A stretch of DNA of 64,000 bases from a virus, in the IMG/VR virus record IMGVR_UViG_3300045919_000302, positions 64,001-128,000 of that record; one strand, 5' to 3'. Both the position numbers and the translations under genes were made by a program. The notes below the pieces were generated by a model that saw only the letters and a list, made by a program, of their open reading frames with translations, had not been told where the DNA came from and did no database searches. Below are positions 49,694 through 59,730 of the stretch, piece by piece (within the stretch, counting starts at the first letter, position 1; each line of letters begins with the position of its first letter).

Positions 49694-50269
49694 TCACTCT
49701 GGCTTGAAAGCCTCGGCCTGTATCTCTCCAGGAGAAAACACTGGCTGAATGCTGAGTCTGCGGACATTGATAAAACCACATTTTGTAAAGAGTCTGGTGA
49801 GCATGTCCATATCGAGTGCAAAATAGTGAAAATTTCCCGGGTAATTTTGACCGGCAAACAATTTAATATTCGCCCACTCTGAGTGCCCACAGTCTCCAAA
49901 TATCCGGAACATATTAATCTCGTCGGTTGGGTGTTCGTCTGTTCTCCGGCCCGACAGGTAGGTTTTGCAGATGAATTCGAGATCCGGGGTACGGAGAAAG
50001 ACCCGGCCACCCGGCTTAAGGACTCGCAACCAGTCGCGCACCACGCTATCGACCTTGAGCCAGGAAACGTGCTCAACGGAGTGATTTGAGAGGATCTCGG
50101 AGGCGCACCCATCTGGAAACGGCAAGGGCTCATCCCCCATCCGGCAAACAGCCGTGAGGCCGGGCATCCCGGGATCTACGTCCACATGGAGATATCCTGG
50201 CTGAGGATTGCCCCCACTTCCTACTTCGATCTTCACTGGTTTTGAAAAATCAACCTGGCGCAGCAGCAT
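49694..50269 (-). CDS. class I SAM-dependent methyltransferase (type 11-like)
   Basis: IEVGSGG, LPFPD, HSVEH, RVLKPGG..TPD. Confidence 0.88.
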   Translation of the reverse strand: MLLRQVDFSKPVKIEVGSGGNPQPGYLHVDVDPGMPGLTAVCRMGDEPLPFPDGCASEILSNHSVEHVSWLKVDSVVRDWLRVLKPGGRVFLRTPDLEFICKTYLSGRRTDEHPTDEINMFRIFGDCGHSEWANIKLFAGQNYPGNFHYFALDMDMLTRLFTKCGFINVRRLSIQPVFSPGEIQAEAFKPE

Positions 50270-50687
50270 TATTTAACTCCATGATCTCTATCTCAATGGT
50301 GATCCGATCAATGAGACCGGTGTTCTCTCGAATCTCGAAGCTACCTTTTTTGATTTGCTTGTCGTTCTGTATGATCCCGACCTTGAACTTGTCCTTAGGC
50401 CCGGGAGCCTGGAGGACGTCTGTGATTCCTGTAATTGCGTTATCGAAATCGACTTTGGCCTCACCCTTGAACTCGAACAGGTAATCCACCCTGAGCGGCC
50501 CCTCCAATGGCTTACGGATGCCCAGCTTGTTTTTCTGGATATTCAGCAGAATCGCACAGGTCTGTTCGTAGTCCGTAAGATTGTCGGACTTTCCCAGGAA
50601 CGGTCTGCCGGTCTTTTTGTTGGTGTAGATGGGCCGGGAGTTTTTCTTCGATCGGGCCAGGACCGGGATTGAGAAAACGAATTTCAT
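50250..50687 (-). CDS. rusA: RusA-like Holliday junction resolvase
   Basis: SKKNS, DFDNAITGITDVLQ, IIQNDKQI. Confidence 0.85.
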   Translation of the reverse strand: MKFVFSIPVLARSKKNSRPIYTNKKTGRPFLGKSDNLTDYEQTCAILLNIQKNKLGIRKPLEGPLRVDYLFEFKGEAKVDFDNAITGITDVLQAPGPKDKFKVGIIQNDKQIKKGSFEIRENTGLIDRITIEIEIMELNNAAAPG

Positions 50688-50861
50688 GCTACCCTTTCTC
50701 TATGAAGTCCCTCGAAGAACGAATTCGGGATCGGATCTGCCAGGGATGCCACGCGGCGACTTACGAGCCACACCCTGAGCAGCCCCTGGACTATCTCAAA
50801 TGCCCCACCTGCGGACACTGTCGGTTGAATAACCGAAACACAAGAGCTACCATCTGTCCAG

Positions 50862-51059
50862 GTGGACAGAAAGCAACTCATCGAGAACCTGGCGAAAGTG
50901 ATCTATCTCGCGGCCGGCGAAAGCTATGACCCGTATGGAAACGTCACGAGAGCGATGAAGGACTGGTCTTTCCTGGATGAGGAAGACCGAGAGAAGTACC
51001 GCAAGTACGCCAAGGAGGTCGTGACGTACCTCGACTACGTGGGTGGGCTTAGAGTTTAG
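50862..51059 (+). CDS. small hypothetical protein
   Basis: 65 aa, W..L.E.DREKYR..A pattern. Confidence 0.55.
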   Translation: MDRKQLIENLAKVIYLAAGESYDPYGNVTRAMKDWSFLDEEDREKYRKYAKEVVTYLDYVGGLRV

Positions 51060-51891
51060 CCAGCAGGACCTGGGCCCCACTCTGGATCGCGGCCTGGACC
51101 TTCTTGTCGTCGGCGAAGAACCCGTCAATCCGGTCCGCCATGGCGCACAGCCCGATCATGACCTCGTAGAAGAACTTGGCCGCCTCATCGCTGAATGGCA
51201 TCTCCTTGAGGTTCTCTTTGGTTCTTTCGTAGAGCCTGATCCGGTCATCGCCCTCACCGTGGTACGTGGCGTCGCCATGGAGAAGTTCCGTGCCGGTGAA
51301 ACTGTTGAGCTTGGCGTGCCAGGAGGTATCGGATCCATGATGGTTCTCCAGGCCGGAAGTGTAAGACCACGCGGTAACGCTTCCGCTCTTCCTGATGAAG
51401 GTAACCTTAAGAACAGCCCTGGCGACGAAGCCCACGCTGTAGTGGGTGGACTGCTTCATGAGGCCGTTCAGCTTACCGTGCCACTCCCCGCTATTCTCTC
51501 CCCTCAATGAATTAGTTTTCTTGGCGTAGACCCCGCTCGGGAGAAGCGTCCCATCCTTTTCTTTCCAATAGGCCACGTCGATGTTCGTGCCGTAGAGGAT
51601 CACGACCTCTTTCTTGACCTCGCAGGCCACGTAGTCAGTGGCGACGGCTTCGGAGAACTTACTCAGCTGATCGAGTCGCTTTGAGACGATCCTAGCTCTT
51701 CCCCGGTAGCGGTCGATCCCAATGTTGTCCCATTTTGAGTCAGCCTTCTTGAGACTCCGGACGGTGTCTTCGAGTTCCTCGGGGATATTCGCGCTGAATG
51801 TGCCCGAGGAGTCCACGTTGACGTCCACCTTGTGGAAGACCTTGGATCCAGGGGACTCGGCACTGAAGTAAATGCTGAACACTTTCGGCAC
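51049..51891 (-). CDS. hypothetical protein
   Basis: 280-aa ORF with typical codon bias. Confidence 0.7.
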   Translation of the reverse strand: MPKVFSIYFSAESPGSKVFHKVDVNVDSSGTFSANIPEELEDTVRSLKKADSKWDNIGIDRYRGRARIVSKRLDQLSKFSEAVATDYVACEVKKEVVILYGTNIDVAYWKEKDGTLLPSGVYAKKTNSLRGENSGEWHGKLNGLMKQSTHYSVGFVARAVLKVTFIRKSGSVTAWSYTSGLENHHGSDTSWHAKLNSFTGTELLHGDATYHGEGDDRIRLYERTKENLKEMPFSDEAAKFFYEVMIGLCAMADRIDGFFADDKKVQAAIQSGAQVLLAKL

Positions 51892-51903
51892 AGATATCCC
51901 TCG

Positions 51904-53438
51904 TTACTTACGGCTGCCAGGTTTCTGGCCCCCGTAGCCCTTGGACCGCCTCTTCCGTGGCTTGGGTGCGGCATTTTTCCGCTCCTGATCAATGCCGTTC
52001 TGCCACGCCTGAACGACGACATCTCTGACCGCGCTCCTGAGGCCACCCCGAAGCAGCCCCAGGTGGATGTGCATCTCGGCGCTTTCGGCGAGTTCGTTAA
52101 TATCCATTTCATTCCACATCTTTGACATACAGATTCGTCTCCTTTCACGTTAACAAGGGGCGTTGTGCCTTGGCGATGGTAGTTCGTGCGGTTACTAGGG
52201 CGTGGTTGTTTTCTCCACCAAGGCTATTGATGCGTTGGTACTCCTCAACGTAAGCAACCAATCCTTTCAACGCTGCCAGCATCTCCGGCGCGGCGGCGAT
52301 CAACCGGGCGTTGGACGAAGCCGCTCCAGTGAACCGATGAACCGTGGCCACCTTGAAATTGCCGTTTATATCGGAGTCCGGGCAATCAACCCGGATGCTG
52401 TACTCGTTCGGCTTTCCCTTTCCGCCGCCGAGCATAGACGCCTTCCACGGGCCAGGGGTAAACGATTTCAGGGACCGATCATCTTGACTCATTTATTGAT
52501 CTCCTTTTCGGACTCGCCTTGTGCTGCCTGAATTCCATCTTTCGCCCATATGCGAATCCAAGCCAAAAGCTCTTTAGAGTCTCTCTTTTTCCGACCATCT
52601 GCCTCAGCGACGATACGCTCAAGAATGTCGAGCATTTTTGGCGATGCCGCGACTAATTGAGCATCTGCGAGCTTCTTTGGGTACTTTTCATCGCTCAATA
52701 TTTCGCGTTTATATTTTCCGGCGATGGTCGATCCGCACGCTTCATCCCCTTCAACGAAGCAATCGCCGTTAAGCTCACGAACCACCCACGGGGCATTAGT
52801 ATGTTTTCTATTCACGAGTCGTCTCCCCCTCGGACAATGCGACCTTCTCAAGCTCTTCCGCCAAATCGGTAATGAAGGGAGCCGAGCACTCCAACCTGTG
52901 TCCGCCCAGGCGCTCCTTCACTGAACAGGCGCACCCGCTATTGAGATGGTCGATACACTCCTTGAGGATGCCGACCAGGCTTTCGAGTTTTTCAACGCGC
53001 TTCTCAAGCGTTTCTGGTTTTCTTTTCTTAGCCACGAGTCGTCGCCTCTCCAGTCAATGCTTTTCCCATGGCTTTTTTGATCTGAGAGCATCGCTTAGAG
53101 GCTTCCTCTGCCCGCTCTCTGAAGTCCGCAAGCATGTCCTCAAGAGCCCTCTTTGCGGTTGTCCCATGACCACGGCAGTCGCTGTTGTAGGCCGCCGTAT
53201 AGTCATCTCTTGTTGAACTCGGGAGGTAAACCTGGATCTGACCCAAGACCGCACTTCCGTGCCAGCCGAAGTTCTCCCACACGCGGGGTTCGAACCCATT
53301 GCCCAGCTGTTTACAGAGCTTCTCCGCCCGGGTCTTCGCCCGCTGGTAGTCCTTCCACTTGCACCCCCACCCGCAGGCCGGGGCACAGTAAATATTGCCA
53401 GACCGCTCCGGTTTCCATGACAGTTTTTCGTCTTTCAT
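51904..53438 (-). CDS. small early hypothetical genes (51904..52128, 52145..52492, 52489..52815, 52808..53035, 53028..53438)
   Basis: Coupled ORFs; 52145..52492 and 52489..52815 are related 'TPGPW...NARLIAAAP' proteins. Confidence 0.65.
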
Positions 53439-53815
53439 CCAGCCCCCAGGCTCTTTCTGGTTTCTTTATCTTCTCGGACGGCAGCTCTCTGTAGGCTTTC
53501 CGCCTCTTTCTCCGCGTCAACGGCAGCCTGAAGATCTTGGTCAAAGATGTCTTCGTCACCGGTCAAGAGGTAACGCCACTCAGCTCGGAGTCTGAGATTT
53601 GCCCTCTCCATTGCGAGCCGGTAGAGCAGGATGAGTTGTTCCGGAGTCAAAAACTGGGAACCACTTTCTACCCGGCTGACGCCGGCCTGGTGAAGATCCA
53701 AAATCTTCCCCCATTCGGTTTGGCTGACCCCCAGGTCTTTTCTCAGACGTTTAACCAAAGGACCGATATCGTCTTGCACGGAATACTTTTTACTCTTCTT
53801 TTTCTTCGCCATCAA
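53435..53815 (-). CDS. XRE-family HTH regulator
   Basis: VKRLRKDLGVSQTEWGKILDLHQAGVSRVESG...YLLTG. Confidence 0.85.
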   Translation of the reverse strand: MMAKKKKSKKYSVQDDIGPLVKRLRKDLGVSQTEWGKILDLHQAGVSRVESGSQFLTPEQLILLYRLAMERANLRLRAEWRYLLTGDEDIFDQDLQAAVDAEKEAESLQRAAVREDKETRKSLGAG

Positions 53816-54028
53816 GCCTCCCAGGGTTGAACATTATCCGGTGGCTGCACCGGTTCAATTTCTAGTCGATCTAAAACTCGCCTCCAGCGAAAACGCCCGC
53901 TCTCGCACGCATCCTCCAGGGCTCGCTCCATAGACAGCCGGATCTCCTCCGGCACATGGACCGATGCCTCACACAAGAGGCCCAAGACTCTCAGGTAACG
54001 CATTTTTAGATCTGTTTCTGGGTCTGGT

Positions 54029-54667
54029 TTACTCTGCGGTGCGCTCATAAGAGATCTCCTGTTCTTCTTCGACGAAGTCGTGCTTCACCGTCTTTTGCTC
54101 TGAGGCATGGACTTTTGCCAACTCGCGAAAGGCTTTCATTTCACTGGTCGGGTTCAGGGCTGGCATGTACTTCGGCAAGCTCTGGTTGAACCGCTCGACG
54201 GTCTCGCTCCACTCGCTAGGCTCGCCTTCATGAACCCAGCGAGTAGCCGCGATTACCTGTCCAGTGGTCGCATCGGTCAGGGAAATCGTCTGACTGCACC
54301 GAAGGTAAACGCTGAAAACCCCGGCCTGGCGGTCGCATCGCTCATGGGCGGTGATAACCCCTCCCACGCCGTAAAGTTTTTTGAAAAGGGCATATTTCTC
54401 CGTGTCGTCAAACCGATCCGTCTTACCCCGGTGGAGCCTGTCCTGCTCCTTGAGAGCGGCCCGGTAGCCGGCCGAACGGTCCACAACGAACCACTTCCCG
54501 CTCTCGACCAGCAGGGCCTGGATTGCGTTGTAATCGTCACCCTGGATCGAGTCTGGGTCCAGCATCACGCGCATCACGGGGGCGCTGTCGCGGGTCAACG
54601 CGAGCTTGCCGCTGGAACATCCGGTCAGGAGAAAGAGGACCGCCAGAATTAAAGATTCAGTTTTCAT
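54029..54667 (-). CDS. lipoprotein, CsgG/HfaB-like
   Basis: Lipobox LLTGC; LVESGKWFVVDRS...LKEQ; LTDATTGQVI. Confidence 0.65.
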   Translation of the reverse strand: MKTESLILAVLFLLTGCSSGKLALTRDSAPVMRVMLDPDSIQGDDYNAIQALLVESGKWFVVDRSAGYRAALKEQDRLHRGKTDRFDDTEKYALFKKLYGVGGVITAHERCDRQAGVFSVYLRCSQTISLTDATTGQVIAATRWVHEGEPSEWSETVERFNQSLPKYMPALNPTSEMKAFRELAKVHASEQKTVKHDFVEEEQEISYERTAE

Positions 54668-54709
54668 AGAATCAGCTTCTCATACCTGTAATCAAACGTA
54701 AACTGTGTC
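54668..54709 (-). promoter_or_regulatory. phage promoter, class A, apparently leaderless
   Basis: GACACAGTTTACG-N17-GAAGCT-N6-ATG. Confidence 0.7.
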
Positions 54710-54946
54710 CCAGTAGACCTGCCAGAATCTTGTTGATTTCATTGGCATCACTTCTGTTTTCTAGAAATGTGCTTGATCGCCCGTGTCAAGCGGTCGTGGA
54801 CCTTCTTCGCTCGACCGAGCGGAACCCTCACCCAGTTCCCGGACTTGGTACCCTGGAACCAGATCTTGCCCTCGGACACTTCAACTCGCGGGAAAACAGG
54901 ACGGGACATCTCTCTAGGCTTTCTCATTTTTGTCTCCTTGTTTTAT

Positions 54947-55141
54947 TCACAGTTCTTCTCCTCTTTCGACATGAATCCCCATGTCGTCAAGACAGTGGGT
55001 AAGCATCTGCCTGATCAATTCTTGTTTGGTGAGTCCCGACTTCTTAACCGCTTCATCCAGGGCATGGGCGATGGATTCAGACAGGTTGAGCGAAACCACT
55101 TCCCTCCGTTTGGGCTTGGGTTTCGTCGGGACAAAAGTCAC
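54947..55141 (-). CDS. ribbon-helix-helix protein
   Basis: VVSLNLSESIAHALDEAVKKSGLTKQELIRQML; GTGA overlap at start. Confidence 0.75.
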   Translation of the reverse strand: MTFVPTKPKPKRREVVSLNLSESIAHALDEAVKKSGLTKQELIRQMLTHCLDDMGIHVERGEEL

Positions 55142-56226
55142 CGATTCCCGCCCCGGTAAAACAGGGAGTGAAGAACTTCGACCAGTTCGAAGGCGAAAAC
55201 TCTTTCCACTCTGCACTTTTCAAGCTCCTTTCTGACGGGCTTTCCGGTCCTGAGTTCGATCACCCCTGGATCCTCTGGGGTCGCGAAGGTCACGATCACT
55301 GTGTAGAGATCCGAGGCTTCCAGGACGATCTCAAGCTCGGTGATCTTCGAGCTGAACGCAGTCGGTTCCGAACGGTACCGGATTCCGCCATAGGCCCCGT
55401 GGGGTTCGAAGGCTACCGCCGACTCCATGTCCACTCCAGACTCCAGGAAGAAGGCGTTGTCCCCGTCGAAGATCTGCTCGGTGATCCGCTGGGCGTAGCG
55501 CTCGAAGTCCTTCACTTGCGCACCTTCTTGAGAGGTGTGGCGCTGCCGATAACGCGAAGCATACCGTTGAGGCGCTTCAGCTCGTTCCGATAGCTCTGGT
55601 CTGTCGCGCCGAAGCTATGAATGTTTTCGATGCGGTTCTCTACCTGTTGGCGAATGTTATTGAGCATGCGCCTGCTCGTCACGAGTTTGACCTTCATCCG
55701 AAAAGCTTCTTTCTCTGACCACGAGTAAGATAGCGCTTGTTCTCTCTCGTGAAATGGAAGGCACGGAATGTTGCTGCGCCTGCCTTTCTGCAAAACTCTA
55801 TCTTCATGGCGGAAAGCTCTTCGAACGCCTGATCCCTCGTTGCGAGTTGCCTCCGTCCACGTGTTGGCATTTCTTGAATCTGACTCATTATTTCTGACAG
55901 CTCGCGAGACATTCTCTCCATGTCAATTCCTTGGGCCTTCATGCACTCAAAGAAGTACCCTCTGGCTCGAATTCCCCTCTCCAACCATTTCTCTCGCTTA
56001 CTCATGACCGCCTCTTCCAGAGAGTAAACTTGGCATGAACGGTCCCGCACTCGTCGATCTTGGGATCTTCGCCGGCAAAGACACCCAGGATCTGACTGCT
56101 CCTGCACCGACAGAACTTGAGCGCTTGCGCCACCGTGTGCCCTCTGCCCCAGACGTTTGGGCCGATGACCAGAAACATCTTCGCTCCTGGCGGGAGCTTC
56201 AGTTTCAACAGCTCGGATTTCCTCAT
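55138..56226 (-). CDS. small hypothetical proteins (55138..55515, 55512..~55697, 55694..56005, 56002..56226)
   Basis: Coupled ORFs. Confidence 0.55.
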
Positions 56227-56783
56227 TGGTACACCACATGGATCGGAGCGAGCGCCGTGAAGTCGTAGGGCTGCGTCGTGGAAACTAGGACGCCAAGAGA
56301 AGTGGCGCTTGTCCCAAGGGGCCCGGAACCGAAGTTAGATAGGACCGACCCGCTACAATAGCTCTGACTGATGACGCCCCCGCCAGCCAGGGCAGAAGCA
56401 ACCATGAAGTACCCGTTGCCATCGAAAACGATGCTTTTACCGGCCTCCCCGACCCAGTTAAATGAATAGCCAGTCCCAGTGCAATTCATGCCAGAATAAT
56501 ACACATAGGAGACGACATAGGTCCCAGTCTTCAGATTGACCTTTGCGTAGACGTCTGCGGACGGGATGTAAACATCCGCTCTCCCTTGATCTTCAAATCC
56601 AACCACGTAAGCCGCGATCGATCCGTCGGCCGCCGTGATAACCGCCGTTTTAAACGTGGCCTGTGGAGCCTGGACCGGAGCCGTTGCCTGCGGGGCCGTG
56701 GTCTCGACCGAGACACTGTCTGGAGCCGGCTGGCCGTTGCATCCTGAGAAAACGAGACAAAGAACGAGTAAAAGCTTCTTCAT
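56223..56783 (-). CDS. lipoprotein of unknown function
   Basis: Lipobox LVFSGC; Ala/Pro/Thr linker; beta-rich domain; SD AAGGAG. Confidence 0.75.
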   Translation of the reverse strand: MKKLLLVLCLVFSGCNGQPAPDSVSVETTAPQATAPVQAPQATFKTAVITAADGSIAAYVVGFEDQGRADVYIPSADVYAKVNLKTGTYVVSYVYYSGMNCTGTGYSFNWVGEAGKSIVFDGNGYFMVASALAGGGVISQSYCSGSVLSNFGSGPLGTSATSLGVLVSTTQPYDFTALAPIHVVYQ

Positions 56784-56792
56784 ATGTACTCC

Positions 56793-57591
56793 TTATTTTT
56801 TCTTAAGCGTTCTGGCCTTAGCGGGAACTCTCAACTCGACTCCGCAGCAATCGCACTTCAATATCTCGGGCAGCGGATCCGAGAGTGGAAACATGTGTGA
56901 CCCAGACGCGGCCGAAATATGCTCTCCGCACTCGGGGCAGGTGAATTCGATAACGGCGATATGCATGACAGCGGCCTTCATTTGGGCTCCGTATCGATGA
57001 TTTCCTGGATCTCTTCAAGGGTGAGCTTGTCCCAGATCAACTCCAGTCGGTTCGAGTAGCTATCCGGTTCCGGGCCTTCCCGATGGTTCGGGTTGGCAGC
57101 GAGAGCGGCATTGTGGGCTTTGCTCGTGAGCACCCAGAGCCGCCGACAAAGGGCAGCGCTGACCTCCCAGCACTCGGCAATCACGTCGGCGCGGACGTAG
57201 AGTAGACCCTGCGGGCAGCGACCGGTCTTCATGCGGCCTCCTGAACCCAAGGACCATAGCGTCTGTAGACGTCCATCATGTTGCGGCACTGGACTTTGGT
57301 GAATTTCGAAACCTTGCGAGCGCGGTGGGTCTTGTAGTACTCGGCGATCGGCATGCGGTAGCCGAACCAGTGGTCGAGCACGATCCCGCCGTACTCCAGC
57401 CAGGAGTGGTGCTCGGGGCCGTTCTCGGTGGTGATCCAGCCCTGGCAGACGAGCCAGGCCGGGTTACGAAGCTGGAAGTGAACCGGATCGCGGTAGCGTG
57501 GGTTCGCGACGAATCCGCCCGGGACGAAGCGCTTAGCCTTCGGGAAGAGGGCTCGGAACTGCTTGACGGTCATGATTCGTTTTGTAGCCAT
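56793..57591 (-). CDS. three small hypothetical proteins (56793..56981 zinc ribbon, 56978..57232, 57229..57591)
   Basis: Coupled ATGA junctions; CPECG..CDCCG; HHSWLE..GIVLD motif in 57229..57591. Confidence 0.6.
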
Positions 57592-57630
57592 ACCTAAACA
57601 CTACAGTATCTACTACAAAACGTACAGAGA
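57592..57630 (-). promoter_or_regulatory. phage promoter, class B
   Basis: TACTACAAAACGTACA (57611) is 15/16 identical to 20116-20131; TAGTGT-N6-ATG. Confidence 0.65.
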
Positions 57631-57666
57631 AATAACGCTGCGGGCAATGCTAATAATTACGATGTA

Positions 57667-58425
57667 TTACAGCTTATCTTCCAGGCCCGGAACGGCAGAA
57701 AGTCGGCTCATAATGCCCAAATCAGCAGCCCAAGTCTTCACAAAAGCCCAGTCCACAGGCTTCTCCGCCAGCTCGGAAATGTGCGAAATGTCCTTCGGGC
57801 GTCCCGAGGCAAGCTTGGTCAGGATGAAACCCTCGATCGAGGGTAGCAAGATCTTGCGCCCCAGAATCTGGGTTGGCTTCGCAAATTCGAAAAGAGCCTC
57901 GGCGAACTCACGATCCAGGTATTCGATCACATCCAGCTCGCGGCCGTTGAGCCCGTACTTGTGCAGAAGCCTCTTGGGCTTCGAGTAGTCGATCACCTGC
58001 TTGAATTCAAAGCCCGCTGCCCGAAGTTTTTTGTCGATCTTGACGATGTCCTGGGTGTGAACGAAGACATCGAAGTCCTCGGTCGCTGAAGCCTGGCCCT
58101 GAAGGATTGACTTCGCAAATCCACCCCCGAGCAAGAATCCACCACCCATCACCTCGATGCACCTCTTCACGAAGTCAAGAAGAGACATCCTCGCAGGAGC
58201 GCCGGTCATCTCGGCCAGGACCGATTCGATCTCCGAAATCTCGCTGACGACATCGCGCTTGAGCAGGGCTCTAACGTCCCGCTCAAGAAGATCCACTCGC
58301 TCGTGGATTGTTGTTTTGCCGCGCCTGGGGCGACCGCCGATCTGGCCGTTGCGCCGCGCCGCTGCGGCCTTGGCTTCCGATTTAACTTTTCCAAGACGAA
58401 CAGCTGCGGAGTTTTTGCGGTACAT
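57667..58425 (-). CDS. nucleotidyltransferase (AbiEii/DUF6036-like) with N-terminal basic motif
   Basis: LGGGFA..ATEDFDVFV..LDVI..LTKLASGRPKDISHI; N-terminal ARRNGQIGGRP. Confidence 0.75.
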   Translation of the reverse strand: MYRKNSAAVRLGKVKSEAKAAAARRNGQIGGRPRRGKTTIHERVDLLERDVRALLKRDVVSEISEIESVLAEMTGAPARMSLLDFVKRCIEVMGGGFLLGGGFAKSILQGQASATEDFDVFVHTQDIVKIDKKLRAAGFEFKQVIDYSKPKRLLHKYGLNGRELDVIEYLDREFAEALFEFAKPTQILGRKILLPSIEGFILTKLASGRPKDISHISELAEKPVDWAFVKTWAADLGIMSRLSAVPGLEDKL

Positions 58426-58453
58426 GGAGGCACTATAACCCAACGGTGGCCGT

Positions 58454-58834
58454 TCAGGAAGCCCCGAGCTTACTTCCTTGAAACGACGGGAGAAGGTGAT
58501 GATGGGGGCCCTTTTCTTCGGCATCAAAGGCGTCATTGTACTGCTTCACGAGCGAATGAAAAGAAACCCCGAACTTCTTCTGGAAATAAATATTACCCAA
58601 AAGATGGACTCCCCCATTGCCTACATGATGATTGTGGCAAAGAGGAATGCAGGTACGATCGGATCCTCCGGCACCACGAGATTTTACATGGTGTGCATGG
58701 ACTGGCCACGGAGTTCCGCATCCTGAGATGGCGCAATCCCAGGCATGAATCCAAAAAACGAAATACCCGTCGATCTCTCGGGTTGGCTTTCTCGCGCTTT
58801 TTTTTGGCTTTGGAAATTTAAAGTCTTCAGTCAT
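58454..58834 (-). CDS. HNH-like protein (DUF968/NinG-like)
   Basis: CAISGC..HAHHVKSRGAGGSD..IPLCHNHH. Confidence 0.8.
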   Translation of the reverse strand: MTEDFKFPKPKKSARKPTREIDGYFVFWIHAWDCAISGCGTPWPVHAHHVKSRGAGGSDRTCIPLCHNHHVGNGGVHLLGNIYFQKKFGVSFHSLVKQYNDAFDAEEKGPHHHLLPSFQGSKLGAS

Positions 58835-58840
58835 GTGACC

Positions 58841-59730
58841 TCAGTTGACCATGTGCTTGGGAGCAACTATCCAGTCGAACAGCGAATGATCATTTGGATC
58901 AAACGACATCACTGCACACGAAACGCCGTTCTTGTAATCCTCTTCGTCATCATGAGTCAGAGGATAAACGGAGTAGAAGTCATCCATCTCAAGGATAGAT
59001 TCGCAAATCTCACGAATCATCACAATGTTCTCTTGCTCTTGGCTCCCCAGGGGCAAGAGCAGAACGAAATCCCAGCAAGTGCGAAAGCAAGAGGAAGGGG
59101 AAACAACGATCTTGTAGCCAACGGCCCCTTCCACGCTTTTTCTCTTTTCTATTGAGTCACCGCTAAGAATTCCCACAGTGACAGTGTAACGACAGGATCA
59201 GGCAGCGTCCACGCCGTTTTCGAAAGCCCAGTTCAAGATTCTACGAATTGTTTGGGACCGATTCTTGAATCCTTTCTTGGTTTTGAGCGTGTCGATTTTT
59301 GAAAGCAGCTCGTTTTCGATCCGCGTGTAGATGAAATCGTCTTTCGTAGATTCACCCTTCAGCGGTGTTTTTTCCTTGTCCATCAGACCTCCAGGTTTTT
59401 CCTGCTTTGAGCAGGGTTTAGGTTACCGGCCACGAGACCGGAGTTTTGCATCCTCATGTGCGTGAGAAATTTTTGGTATTCGAGAACCACCTTGGACTCC
59501 GCATCCGTTTCGATGCGTTGGGGAGAATAGTCATCCGGGACCACGTAGCTCTCGGAGCTTCCGGAGAAGTACGGATCCGGGTGGAACTGGTATGAGATCT
59601 GCTGCTGCCCGTTCGGAATCTCAAAAACACGAACGACGTGTCTGAGTTTCATCCTGACACTTCCCTCTTCGAGGCACTCCCCCAAGATGAACATGTTGGT
59701 GCCTTTGGCCATTCCGATGAAAAGTCTCAT
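58841..59730 (-). CDS. hypothetical (58841..59176), RHH protein (59198..59383), hypothetical (59383..59730)
   Basis: 59198..59383 has IYTRIENELLSKID..GFKNRSQTIRRIL RHH pattern. Confidence 0.65.

Noticed and set aside
52145-52815. Tandem related 'TPGPW...NARLIAAAP' genes as a novel system
   Set aside because: A common small phage protein pattern that often occurs in several copies; nothing further supports a system.
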